64,000 nucleotides of DNA, taken from IMG/VR virus record IMGVR_UViG_3300017917_000616, positions 28,603-92,602 of that record, one strand, 5' to 3'. A program made the translations under genes and the position numbers. Under the pieces are notes generated by a model. That model was not told the origin of the DNA, searched no databases, and saw only the letters and a program-made list of their open reading frames with translations. Positions 9,504-18,457 of the stretch are shown here, piece after piece (positions within the stretch are counted from its first letter, which is position 1; each line of letters starts with the position of its first letter). This stretch comes from a virus.

Positions 9504-10995
9504 ATGTAGCCTTTGGATCGTCAATGTTTGTATTGTCAGGATTTAATACCCAACCTTCTTTTTCTGCTAATTCTTTTAGTTGGTCGTCATTATCCCACTG
9601 TGTAGAACTGTCTCCATTAACTAAATCTCTACTTGCTACAATAGTATCAGGGATAGTCTCTACCCAACGTGTTAATATTTCTGGGAATACATTTAAACTC
9701 TTTCCCCTACGTAAATCGTAGTCTTTATAGAACGTCTTAAAATCACGCCATAATGTAATTTTATTGCTGGTTCTACGATGTGGGGCATCGACTGTTTCTA
9801 AGTAGTCAATTAGTCGTTCGATACTAGCCTTTTCAAACTCATGTAATAGTTTGTTATCCTTATTATTTTCATACCATTTTTGTAGTTTATTACGTAAATG
9901 GTCCTTAATATGATCGGGTAATGCTAATGGGCTTTGAAAACTAGGGAAACGCAATAGATTAACTGATACAGTGGGTTTTACTTTAAACTCACTTTTCATA
10001 GTTAATACTGCATCTAAGAAATGCGTTATAGAAAATAAGCATAGACTATTAATGGTCATCATAATGTGTAGACCTTTAATATTCGCTTCATTTGCTACTC
10101 TGGTAATATTCTTCATCCATACTTGATAATCCAATCCATCACGGATATATTCAGCATGTTTTCCTGTAGCTTCACAACTAGTATACAACTCAAAATGTTT
10201 AATGTTTTTTGATTTTTCAATTAATTTGTCAATAATTTCGTCTTTGGCAATTAAATTACTGTTAATTGCGAAACGCATATTACTATCTTGCTTTTCAAAC
10301 CAATCAAATAACTTCCATGTATTACCACTCATTAATGGTTCGCCACCAGTAATACGTAGTTCTTCTAAGCTATCTGCTAAACCATTATCCCACCATTCCC
10401 AGAATGCTTTGATATATGGATTATCTTCGTCATTCTTATAGGGTTGTGCCCATGACCCATCTTGCTGAAATGCGGCTGCCCCGTCACTGACTAAGTTCTG
10501 ATATGGGCCGTTCTTTTTGATATCATTAGCCCATGTTGTACTAAAGCTAGCGTTACAGTAAGAGCAAGCTAGATTACATACACGGTCAAAACTAATCTCA
10601 AATGTCTTTAGATTTACATCATGGTCCCAAGGCTTTTTACTAATATCTTTAAGTGCTTCGTCACTATAAATGATTGTCTTAAATACACGGTCACTTACTG
10701 TATCTTTGCCGATATCTTCAACTTTCCAACAGTATTCACACTCACGTGGGCGCTCACCCTCAAGCATTAATTTACGCATCAGTTTCTTATGTTTGGTGTT
10801 GTGAATTGCGCTAGGACTGATACGTATTTCTTCGATAGGAATACGGTGTGCGGGTGGGTGATGGCAACTAGCAGTAGTACCACTGCCCAACCATGTTGTA
10901 GCATTGTACCATTTAGCCCCGCAAAAGCTAGGGCTAATACTATCAATAACTCTGTCACGATATTCGGTCAGAGATTCATTCGGTTTCTTTGGCAT
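9496..10995 (-). CDS. Radical SAM enzyme with an N-terminal auxiliary Cys domain
   Basis: CNLACSYC, TGGEP, INSN; N-terminal FCGAKW...SCHHP...CEYCW. Confidence 0.9.
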   Translation of the reverse strand: MPKKPNESLTEYRDRVIDSISPSFCGAKWYNATTWLGSGTTASCHHPPAHRIPIEEIRISPSAIHNTKHKKLMRKLMLEGERPRECEYCWKVEDIGKDTVSDRVFKTIIYSDEALKDISKKPWDHDVNLKTFEISFDRVCNLACSYCNASFSTTWANDIKKNGPYQNLVSDGAAAFQQDGSWAQPYKNDEDNPYIKAFWEWWDNGLADSLEELRITGGEPLMSGNTWKLFDWFEKQDSNMRFAINSNLIAKDEIIDKLIEKSKNIKHFELYTSCEATGKHAEYIRDGLDYQVWMKNITRVANEANIKGLHIMMTINSLCLFSITHFLDAVLTMKSEFKVKPTVSVNLLRFPSFQSPLALPDHIKDHLRNKLQKWYENNKDNKLLHEFEKASIERLIDYLETVDAPHRRTSNKITLWRDFKTFYKDYDLRRGKSLNVFPEILTRWVETIPDTIVASRDLVNGDSSTQWDNDDQLKELAEKEGWVLNPDNTNIDDPKATYD

Positions 10996-12346
10996 TATTA
11001 TAAAAGTCCTTTAATTCGGGGAACACACTAGCAAAATTCGTACCCCTTCTCTTATCAATTTCCCCAATAAATTTAATAAAATCAGTAGGGTCTTGCTGTT
11101 CACTTACAAGATAGTCACAAAATCTTTGTAGTTGATCCCATTCCTCTAGATATAATCTTGCGGGCCCAGACACATTATACTTAATCCATTGTTCGCCAGT
11201 GATTAAAATATGGTCACGATATTGTTGACGCAACTCTAATGGCAATACATTTACACTTAGATGTGTAGGCCAACGTAGATAATTGATACTGATAGGAATC
11301 CTATTATGTGCTGGAGTCTCGTTGTATTTCTGTCTTAGTGTCATAACATAGTTCAAAAAATCTACCATTGTAGTGACACTCAAGGCATTAATCGTAGTCA
11401 TAATATTGACGTTAACGTCCGTTTCCGACAATACTTTGTTTATATTATTGACCCATTGCGTATAGTTCAATCCATAACGGCTGTACTCTGCTTGTTTACC
11501 AGTACTTTCCAAACTTGTGTAAACGTCTATTCGTTTTACATAGTGTTTTAAATTATTGATAGTATCAATAAACTTATCAATCAATTTGTTATCTACACAT
11601 AGATTTGTGTTGATTGCTAATTCTAATTCGTGGTTTGGATTATCTTCGATATACTCAAACAATTTCCATACATCTTTACTGAGTAATGGTTCGCCACCTG
11701 TAACCCTAAACACACGTAAGTTTTTATATATACTCGGTAAGTATTTCCAGAAAGCATCAACGTATGGATTGTCATCACTGTGCTTATATGGGAATCTACC
11801 GACTTCTTTTAGCCAATTTAAATCATGGTTACTTGTGCTAGTAGGATAAGGACCAAAACGCTCAATCTCTTCCATCCACTTGCTACTGACTTCAGGACTA
11901 CAATATGTACATTTGAAATTACATACATTACTAAAACTGACTTCTAAGTAACTAGGATTGATATCGCTAGCAGGGTCAGTCTTTCTAACTTCGTGTATTC
12001 TATCCCATGCCCAGTAATCGCTTGTCTTATAATGACGGTCGCTGAAATAATCTTTGTTTAGATCCTCAATCTTCCAGCAGTAATCACATTCGCTAGGGCG
12101 TTCACCATTGAGCATCTTTAGTCGTTGCTCTTTCTTAAACTTGCTATTGTGTAGTGCTGCAGGATTCTCACGTATTTCTTCTAATGGAATCTTGTGTGGG
12201 CTAGGATGGTGACAACTATGATTGTAACCATTCTGTAGATAAAGTGTAGTCTGTAGCCATTTAGCACTACAAAAGCTGGGGCTGATATTATTGATTATGA
12301 TTCTTTTTTGCTTAAGAATCTCAATGCGTTCTTCGTTAGTCATCAC
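10976..12346 (-). CDS. Radical SAM enzyme with an N-terminal auxiliary Cys domain (paralog of 9496..10995)
   Basis: CNFKCTYC, TGGEP, INTN; N-terminal FCSAKW...SCHHP...CDYCW. Confidence 0.9.
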   Translation of the reverse strand: MMTNEERIEILKQKRIIINNISPSFCSAKWLQTTLYLQNGYNHSCHHPSPHKIPLEEIRENPAALHNSKFKKEQRLKMLNGERPSECDYCWKIEDLNKDYFSDRHYKTSDYWAWDRIHEVRKTDPASDINPSYLEVSFSNVCNFKCTYCSPEVSSKWMEEIERFGPYPTSTSNHDLNWLKEVGRFPYKHSDDNPYVDAFWKYLPSIYKNLRVFRVTGGEPLLSKDVWKLFEYIEDNPNHELELAINTNLCVDNKLIDKFIDTINNLKHYVKRIDVYTSLESTGKQAEYSRYGLNYTQWVNNINKVLSETDVNVNIMTTINALSVTTMVDFLNYVMTLRQKYNETPAHNRIPISINYLRWPTHLSVNVLPLELRQQYRDHILITGEQWIKYNVSGPARLYLEEWDQLQRFCDYLVSEQQDPTDFIKFIGEIDKRRGTNFASVFPELKDFYNNAKETE

Positions 12347-13290
12347 CAGCCCTCTATCTTTCTGATAATGTCAATTTCTCTTACTAACGGTCCCAAATTA
12401 TGTTTGTCACTATTATAATGACGCTTAAAGAACTTACTTTGTTCAGCACTTAATGTACACATTGGCAATCCAAGTTTGTCTTGAAGTGCTTCCCCAAAGA
12501 AGTGAGCCGAGAAGTGTGGCTCTCTATCTTTATATTCGTCCCATAACTCAACAAAGTTATCAAACCATTGTACTTTTTTAGCGTCCCAACCACCTAGCAT
12601 TGTCATGTATGTGCCTAATCTAGCACCATAGATAGCCCAGATTCCGTTCTCTACGTCACACCCTACATTGTGCCATATGGTTAAGTTATTCATGTTACGT
12701 GTAGCAACACTACGCTTGAAGTCATTAATGTCAGGAACTTTGCCCCCAACTAAACACATCTTAACTCCTTCCCGAAAACCCGCACGCCACGCTTGAAATG
12801 GAGTATAGTTAGGATAAGTAGTAGAGTAGCAATCATACATTGACCAATATAAACTGTTTTGATAGTCAAGGCAAAAGTCTACAGTATGTGTGTCGTTACC
12901 GTCACTTGCCTCATGCGTTTTCATATTCATTACATAATCTTTTGTCCAGCAACTCATACCACCGTTACCATAACGTAACCCATTGATATGATTAATTGCT
13001 CTCCAGCGATATTGTGCTTTCTTGTATGATTCATCCTTATCAGTAAAGTCTAATGTCAAATCAAAAAACTTCATGTCGGGCATGTTGTCCCCGTCAATAA
13101 GAATGAATCGTTCTGTATCACTTGCTTCTGCGGCTGCTTTGTGTGCCGCATCACTGCCTTTAACTCCATCGACCCTACGTGCCCATGGAATCATGTTTTT
13201 AATCTTAACCCAGAATTCTTCTTTCTGTGGTTCATCGTAACTTAGGTATATACAGTCTAAGTCAGCGATTTCAACGATATCTGTATTCAT
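12343..13290 (-). CDS. Putative GT-A fold glycosyltransferase-like protein
   Basis: IYLSYDEP, AHKAAA, FILIDGDN (DxD), YGNGG, AWRAGFREGVK. Confidence 0.6.
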   Translation of the reverse strand: MNTDIVEIADLDCIYLSYDEPQKEEFWVKIKNMIPWARRVDGVKGSDAAHKAAAEASDTERFILIDGDNMPDMKFFDLTLDFTDKDESYKKAQYRWRAINHINGLRYGNGGMSCWTKDYVMNMKTHEASDGNDTHTVDFCLDYQNSLYWSMYDCYSTTYPNYTPFQAWRAGFREGVKMCLVGGKVPDINDFKRSVATRNMNNLTIWHNVGCDVENGIWAIYGARLGTYMTMLGGWDAKKVQWFDNFVELWDEYKDREPHFSAHFFGEALQDKLGLPMCTLSAEQSKFFKRHYNSDKHNLGPLVREIDIIRKIEGW

Positions 13291-13573
13291 ACGTTTTTGT
13301 ATTCCATTCTAGTGTTTCGCCAGTATAATTGTCGGCTATAATCATTATGTCCTCTTTAGCACATTTTTGCCCTTCGCCTGGTATAAATTTTGTTATGAAG
13401 GCTGCGTCAGAAAATTTCACTATCTCTCCATTGATTACTCTAACATCATATCTGCTAGCCGCATACGTAAGCGCATCTATAACTAGATATTCATGTGGCA
13501 TACTTACACTGGCTTCACTAGTATAGCATACTACTGTCCCATTGTCATCATAATAAAGTCTGAATTCTACCAT
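13271..13573 (-). CDS. Hypothetical protein
   Basis: 100-aa ORF overlapping both neighbours in the operon. Confidence 0.7.
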   Translation of the reverse strand: MVEFRLYYDDNGTVVCYTSEASVSMPHEYLVIDALTYAASRYDVRVINGEIVKFSDAAFITKFIPGEGQKCAKEDIMIIADNYTGETLEWNTKTYEYRYR

Positions 13574-14357
13574 AATGTTCTTTCAGAATCTTTCCAAAGT
13601 GTTTAACGTGATAATGTACTGGGTATTGTTGCGGGAAAGTTTGTATTTTTATTGGATCGGTTAGTTCATAAACCAATTCGTTAGTCCAATCTTCAATAGT
13701 CGTATTGTTAATATATTGTTTCATGTGTACCATACTGAATTGGTCTAACGGTAGTGTTGTGTTTTCTACACCCAAAATATGACAGACAATGCTGTAAACC
13801 CAATCTGTAGTAGGTTCTTCGTTTTGGTTACATTTAAGTATATACTTGTAGTGCTCCCAATTTTCAAAAACCTCACGAACTAATGAGAAGAAGTTCCTAG
13901 AGAACTCTGACTTATTAAAATACGTGATAGCGTTATACACATCAGGCAAATCATTGTCATCTATAAACTTTCTATAAAATCTACTTTCGCTAACTTTTCC
14001 CTTGTAGTCTCTGATTTTTGAACAGACACATACATCTTTGACTGACAATACTTCAAACAAATACTGAATGTCAGTATTAACAAACATGTCTGCTTCTAGT
14101 TTTATCGTCCTATCGTATGGGCTGGCATCATATACTTGCCAGTCATTTATAAGTTTCCAATTACTATAAGGAGCCTGATCTCCATATGGAAGTTCTACTA
14201 CATGGTCAAATGCTTGACACATACTAACATCGTTGCTGATTAATGTAATATCACATTTTGGCATCACATGTTTCATGCTCAAAGCTAGTGCTTCGGCGCA
14301 TTCAATATAATTTGTGTCTTTTGTATTTTGTGCTAAGATTACAAATCCGTCGTTCAT
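13548..14357 (-). CDS. Putative GT-A glycosyltransferase-like protein
   Basis: ALALSMK...ITLIS...ASPYDRTIKLEAD (ExD in place of DxD); paralog of 14354..15133. Confidence 0.6.
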   Translation of the reverse strand: MNDGFVILAQNTKDTNYIECAEALALSMKHVMPKCDITLISNDVSMCQAFDHVVELPYGDQAPYSNWKLINDWQVYDASPYDRTIKLEADMFVNTDIQYLFEVLSVKDVCVCSKIRDYKGKVSESRFYRKFIDDNDLPDVYNAITYFNKSEFSRNFFSLVREVFENWEHYKYILKCNQNEEPTTDWVYSIVCHILGVENTTLPLDQFSMVHMKQYINNTTIEDWTNELVYELTDPIKIQTFPQQYPVHYHVKHFGKILKEHYGRIQTLL

Positions 14358-15133
14358 ACTAAACTCATAAATGTATTCTTGTCTAGGATATGAAAGTCAG
14401 TATCCTTTATTTGGATGTATGTAGATTTGTTATTATCATCCATAATTGTATATTCCGTACAGAACTCGTCTGTAGTATTCTTAAATGCTTTTCTATTTTT
14501 TGCCAAGTGTAACAGATTCCAAGGCATATAACTTCTTGTATCTTCCGACTGGCCATTAATTATTCTGTGAGCAAATGATAGAGCATAGTCATTTCTATAC
14601 ATTCCAGTTGGTATGTTAAAAAGATTAATGTAATGACTATAATTTTTCTGTACCATCTCCATACATTCAAATAACTGTTTTGCCCTAGATGATTTGTTAA
14701 ACAACATTACAGTTGCCCATAATGTATTGTAGCTTGTTAAACTTATAGACTCTTGAATGGGTTCGTCTAGTAGATAATTTACTTTGTTTGGGAACATGAT
14801 ATCATCATAGATATCAAACAACGTTAGTAATTGATTACCGTTAACAAGATAGTCAGTATCTATTAGTAGAGTCTCATCGTAGGGAGAAAGGTCATATGCT
14901 TTATATCTTCCTTTATTAATCCATAGATTCTTTGACTTAGTGTTAGACTTATCCGGAACTTCAATTATTGTTTTATCAAACTTATAATCATAGTTAGATG
15001 TATCTACTGTATCGTCCGTAATTACAGATACAGGAATATCTAAAAAGTGATTGATCCTTTTAGCCGTCAATACAGCCATTTTATAATAATCAGTTGACGG
15101 ACTATTAAAGGCAAATAATAGGGCGCCCTTCAT
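14354..15133 (-). CDS. Putative GT-A glycosyltransferase-like protein
   Basis: VSVITD, LSPYDETLLIDTD (DxD), WATVMLF, RNDYA. Confidence 0.65.
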   Translation of the reverse strand: MKGALLFAFNSPSTDYYKMAVLTAKRINHFLDIPVSVITDDTVDTSNYDYKFDKTIIEVPDKSNTKSKNLWINKGRYKAYDLSPYDETLLIDTDYLVNGNQLLTLFDIYDDIMFPNKVNYLLDEPIQESISLTSYNTLWATVMLFNKSSRAKQLFECMEMVQKNYSHYINLFNIPTGMYRNDYALSFAHRIINGQSEDTRSYMPWNLLHLAKNRKAFKNTTDEFCTEYTIMDDNNKSTYIQIKDTDFHILDKNTFMSLV

Positions 15134-15435
15134 CTTTTATTCTTTAATTCTTCAAACTCAGTATGCCAATCATTCATAACAGTTCTATAGATACTATATG
15201 CCTTTGACCAAAGTTGTGTTCTGTTGACTTTAACTGGATTATCATACATGTCTAAAAGTACAACTTCATCGTCAGTAAAAAATTGTAGTGTGGAAAAAAG
15301 TTTTGGATCGGCACACCAAAGACCACTTTGGTCTGCGAAGACCAACTTGGCTTGATATTTGTCTTTTAGATATTTTTTGGAACTATTGTGATTGAAGCGT
15401 GATTTGGCTTCTTTTAGAAGTTTCTCTGTATCCAT
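15130..15435 (-). CDS. Hypothetical protein, first gene of the modification cluster
   Basis: 101-aa ORF with an ATGA overlap to the next gene, preceded by a TAAATA box. Confidence 0.75.
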   Translation of the reverse strand: MDTEKLLKEAKSRFNHNSSKKYLKDKYQAKLVFADQSGLWCADPKLFSTLQFFTDDEVVLLDMYDNPVKVNRTQLWSKAYSIYRTVMNDWHTEFEELKNKR

Positions 15436-15440
15436 GTAAC

Positions 15441-15448
15441 TATTTAAA
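15441..15448 (-). promoter_or_regulatory. Putative late promoter TTTAAATA
   Basis: Matches the nnTAAATA boxes in front of the structural genes; 5 nt upstream of the ATG. Confidence 0.55.
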
Positions 15449-15471
15449 TGAATACAGAGATTCCAGAATTT

Positions 15472-16437
15472 TTAACTGCCAGTTACTGACCCAGTTATTG
15501 TAACAGTACCCCAAGAATTCTGTAAGAAACCTGTACTAGGGTAAACGGCTGAGCATGTGGTTTTTGTTCCGACAGACGCACGTAATGTAGTTCCACCATC
15601 AGGTACTTCGTCCCATAATGTAGTGATAGTTATAGTAGAACCTGCATCTCCGTTAACACCTTGTGTTCCATTACTTCTGACATTTACGGAAATAAACGAA
15701 CCAGTATAGCCAGCTGGTGATCCTGAAGCTAATTGCTTAAATACCTCTTGATTTGTCGTAGTCAATCCATAATAACCTACGTTGGGTGAAGTTGTAGCAG
15801 ATCCAGAGCCACCGATTTTAGTGACACCATTGAAACTTATACCAGCAATAGTTACTGTGCCCGATGTAGGAGCACTTAACACTACAGTTCCGCATGCGGT
15901 TGCTAGTGAACTAAACAGAGCGTTCACACCTGTGCCTGTAGGATGTTCAAATTGTAATCTTATTTGACCTCCGGCGTTAAAGAAGTATCTTGCTTGATCG
16001 GCAGATTGGAAGGTAATGATATGGGTAAAAGTTAAAGCACTGCTCCATATTGTATTATTTGTTATTGCTGATACAACTGGTGTAGCGCCTTGAGCCGCAG
16101 CATTATTTCTGCTTGTGAAAATAGAAGTTAAGTTAGTTGATAAAGCACTTAGATAATCAATTCTAGTACCAGACACGGGCGCAGTTAACGCCGTAATTGC
16201 TGTACCTTGATGACTTGCGGCTGATGACGTTCTATTAATTAAGTTAGCCCAATCAGTTGCTTGTACAGTAGCGAATTGAGCTACTTGCGGTACGGCAGCT
16301 TGACCGTAACCAGACCGTCCACTACCAATACCCCAAACTGTGTTTAATGTGTTGGCAGTAGAAATACCCACAACCGCATTACCTACAAACGTATTGTAGT
16401 CGCTGGCGTCAATTCTGTCATACTGTTGATAGGTCAT
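15472..16437 (-). CDS. Virion structural protein (tail fibre/baseplate-associated)
   Basis: Gly/Thr/Ser-rich, beta-type composition; ARYFFNAGGQI motif; located in the tail module. Confidence 0.6.
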   Translation of the reverse strand: MTYQQYDRIDASDYNTFVGNAVVGISTANTLNTVWGIGSGRSGYGQAAVPQVAQFATVQATDWANLINRTSSAASHQGTAITALTAPVSGTRIDYLSALSTNLTSIFTSRNNAAAQGATPVVSAITNNTIWSSALTFTHIITFQSADQARYFFNAGGQIRLQFEHPTGTGVNALFSSLATACGTVVLSAPTSGTVTIAGISFNGVTKIGGSGSATTSPNVGYYGLTTTNQEVFKQLASGSPAGYTGSFISVNVRSNGTQGVNGDAGSTITITTLWDEVPDGGTTLRASVGTKTTCSAVYPSTGFLQNSWGTVTITGSVTGS

Positions 16438-16447
16438 AATAGTATCC

Positions 16448-17653
16448 TTACTTAGCGATTACAACTGCTTCTATAATGCCTTCGCCATCAGAATCTTTAT
16501 GTTCTAGCGCACGACCAATTACATTGAATGGGGTCAATTCTTCTTTTAATCCAGCACGTGCTTTGCCGCCGCCGGCGCTTACTAGTCTTTGACCTTTCTT
16601 TACTTGTCCAACTACTAAAACTTTTACACGACCTGCTAAAGCAACTGGTGGGTGAGTTACGTCATCGCCTGCGCCGCTGTTCATTAGATAAGCAGCAGTT
16701 TTGCTAATTACTCCAAATACTTCATCACTTAATTCTTCTTTAACCGCAGTGATTTCTTTTTCTCCGCCAATCTCTACTACTGTACCAACAGGATACTCAG
16801 CATCAGCTTCGTAACGTTCTGCCAAGTCAGCGTATGTAGCTTGAATTCTTGCTCCGCTAGCCAATGTCCAAACGTTAGCAATAGTTCCGCCGCCACCAAT
16901 ATAGTTTGTGATTAGATTGCCTGGATACAAGTTGCCACTAAAACCACCATTGCCAGCAGTAGTGCTCATAAATGACTGTACATTAGCGTTAGAATAAGCA
17001 CCTACGATAGAGTTAGCTAAACTGTTACCGTTAGCCCAGTAATAATTATTAGACTTGAAACCAACGTTAGCATAGATATTTCCACCTGTAACGATTAGGG
17101 CATTTCCTGAAACGGCACCGTTCACGGTCCAAGCACCAGTCATTGTACCAGCATTACCTACTGCTCCTGTAGTAATAAGGGTTGTACGGGTAGTTGTTAA
17201 ATTAGCAGAAGCGATACTAGCATTTCCAGCTGTCACAGTATTGGCTGCTGTCAATGTCTGACATGTAATATCCATAAAGTCGCCAGCGTTTGTGACGCTA
17301 ATATTATTACCTGTAATATTTCCAGTTACTTGTAGATTACCTAGAACAGCATTTCCTGCGCTAGTTACACTAGATAAGGTAATCCAGTTACTAGCATTAG
17401 CTTCACCGTCTGTTGGGCAAATACTCAATGTTTGAGTATTTGTATTATACCACAATTGTCCCCTGATAGGGTTAGAAGGGATGCTATCATTTGCGAAATT
17501 CTCTAGCATTCTAACCATGTTAGTATCTAGAGTTTGTCCGTAACCTGCGTAATTTCGTCCGGGTAATCCTAGACTTGTGCTAGTTGTATTGATCGTGCCG
17601 TCTTGTATTGTTGTCAAAACATTGCCGTCACTTCTGATGATTGTATATGCCAT
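16448..17653 (-). CDS. Tail fibre-like structural protein with a C-terminal intramolecular chaperone/autocleavage-like (peptidase G2-like) domain
   Basis: N-terminal GRNYAGYG...LENFA...P..GQLWYN; C-terminal YADLAERY...GTVV...PVALAGRVKV...IGRALE. Confidence 0.7.
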   Translation of the reverse strand: MAYTIIRSDGNVLTTIQDGTINTTSTSLGLPGRNYAGYGQTLDTNMVRMLENFANDSIPSNPIRGQLWYNTNTQTLSICPTDGEANASNWITLSSVTSAGNAVLGNLQVTGNITGNNISVTNAGDFMDITCQTLTAANTVTAGNASIASANLTTTRTTLITTGAVGNAGTMTGAWTVNGAVSGNALIVTGGNIYANVGFKSNNYYWANGNSLANSIVGAYSNANVQSFMSTTAGNGGFSGNLYPGNLITNYIGGGGTIANVWTLASGARIQATYADLAERYEADAEYPVGTVVEIGGEKEITAVKEELSDEVFGVISKTAAYLMNSGAGDDVTHPPVALAGRVKVLVVGQVKKGQRLVSAGGGKARAGLKEELTPFNVIGRALEHKDSDGEGIIEAVVIAK

Positions 17654-17673
17654 TTAGTGCTCCGCTATTCTAT

Positions 17674-17681
17674 TATTTATC
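17674..17681 (-). promoter_or_regulatory. Late promoter GATAAATA
   Basis: T4 TATAAATA-like box in the intergenic gap upstream of 17653. Confidence 0.65.
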
Positions 17682-18302
17682 TTAAATTGTAACCAGATTT
17701 GTCAAACTCTGTATTCTTACGGTATAGTCGATTTGAATTTGACGGTTTAAACTCTTTTGAACTGGGTGAAAAATTACATGCGTAATTAATTTAGTCAATT
17801 CTTGACCGGAATTGTCAGTACCGTTGTAGGATAAAAGTCCCAACTCATCAAAAACATATGCGCTTTCAGTTTGGGTGCTGTTGTCAAATGCCGCTTGTCC
17901 GGGCGGTTCGCCATAATCTAATAGACATTGAACAATGATGTCCGTGTATACTTTTCCCGCTGTATGGGAGACAGTCATCTTATTTCTAGTAGGATTAGTG
18001 TTGATTATATTAGTGTCGTCTACAACTTTTGCGTAGGTTTCATTATATAAAGCCGCATTTTGTCCAGTTGTGTTTGGTGGAAGATAGGTAATAATACCAG
18101 TCTCATCTACACTAGAACCGCCATTTCCAAAAGCCATCTTATAGATTGTACCCAATCCTCTATTTGTCAATGTTTGGGCAATGGCGACACTTATATTTTC
18201 ATAGTGAATGGCGTTCTTTTTGTCCACAAATACTTCACCATTATTGGGATCATATACTTTTAAAAATCCTTCTATTTGGACTGGAATCATTATTTGTGCC
18301 AT
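17682..18302 (-). CDS. Baseplate-associated structural protein
   Basis: KNAIH...MAFGNGG...FDELGL...THVIFHPVQKS pattern; directly downstream of the giant baseplate gene. Confidence 0.6.
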   Translation of the reverse strand: MAQIMIPVQIEGFLKVYDPNNGEVFVDKKNAIHYENISVAIAQTLTNRGLGTIYKMAFGNGGSSVDETGIITYLPPNTTGQNAALYNETYAKVVDDTNIINTNPTRNKMTVSHTAGKVYTDIIVQCLLDYGEPPGQAAFDNSTQTESAYVFDELGLLSYNGTDNSGQELTKLITHVIFHPVQKSLNRQIQIDYTVRIQSLTNLVTI

Positions 18303-18445
18303 TAGTTGTCGCCTCGCATTTGTACTAATATTTCTTGATTATTTGGGTCAAAAATCTTTAGAGCAGAGCTAAAATAAAACCCAGTTTGTTCATCAGGTTT
18401 AGTTTCGACTTCTTTTTCCTCTACTTTTTCCGTATTTTCGTTCAT
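18302..18445 (-). CDS. 47-aa small protein MNENTEKVEEKEVETKPDEQTGFYFSSALKIFDPNNQEILVQMRGDN
   Basis: Not in the ORF track. TAATG coupling to the next gene; GATAAATA box 4 nt upstream. Confidence 0.75.
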   Translation of the reverse strand: MNENTEKVEEKEVETKPDEQTGFYFSSALKIFDPNNQEILVQMRGDN

Positions 18446-18449
18446 GATT

Positions 18450-18457
18450 TATTTATC
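18450..18457 (-). promoter_or_regulatory. Late promoter GATAAATA
   Basis: Box overlaps the stop codon of the giant gene. Confidence 0.6.
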
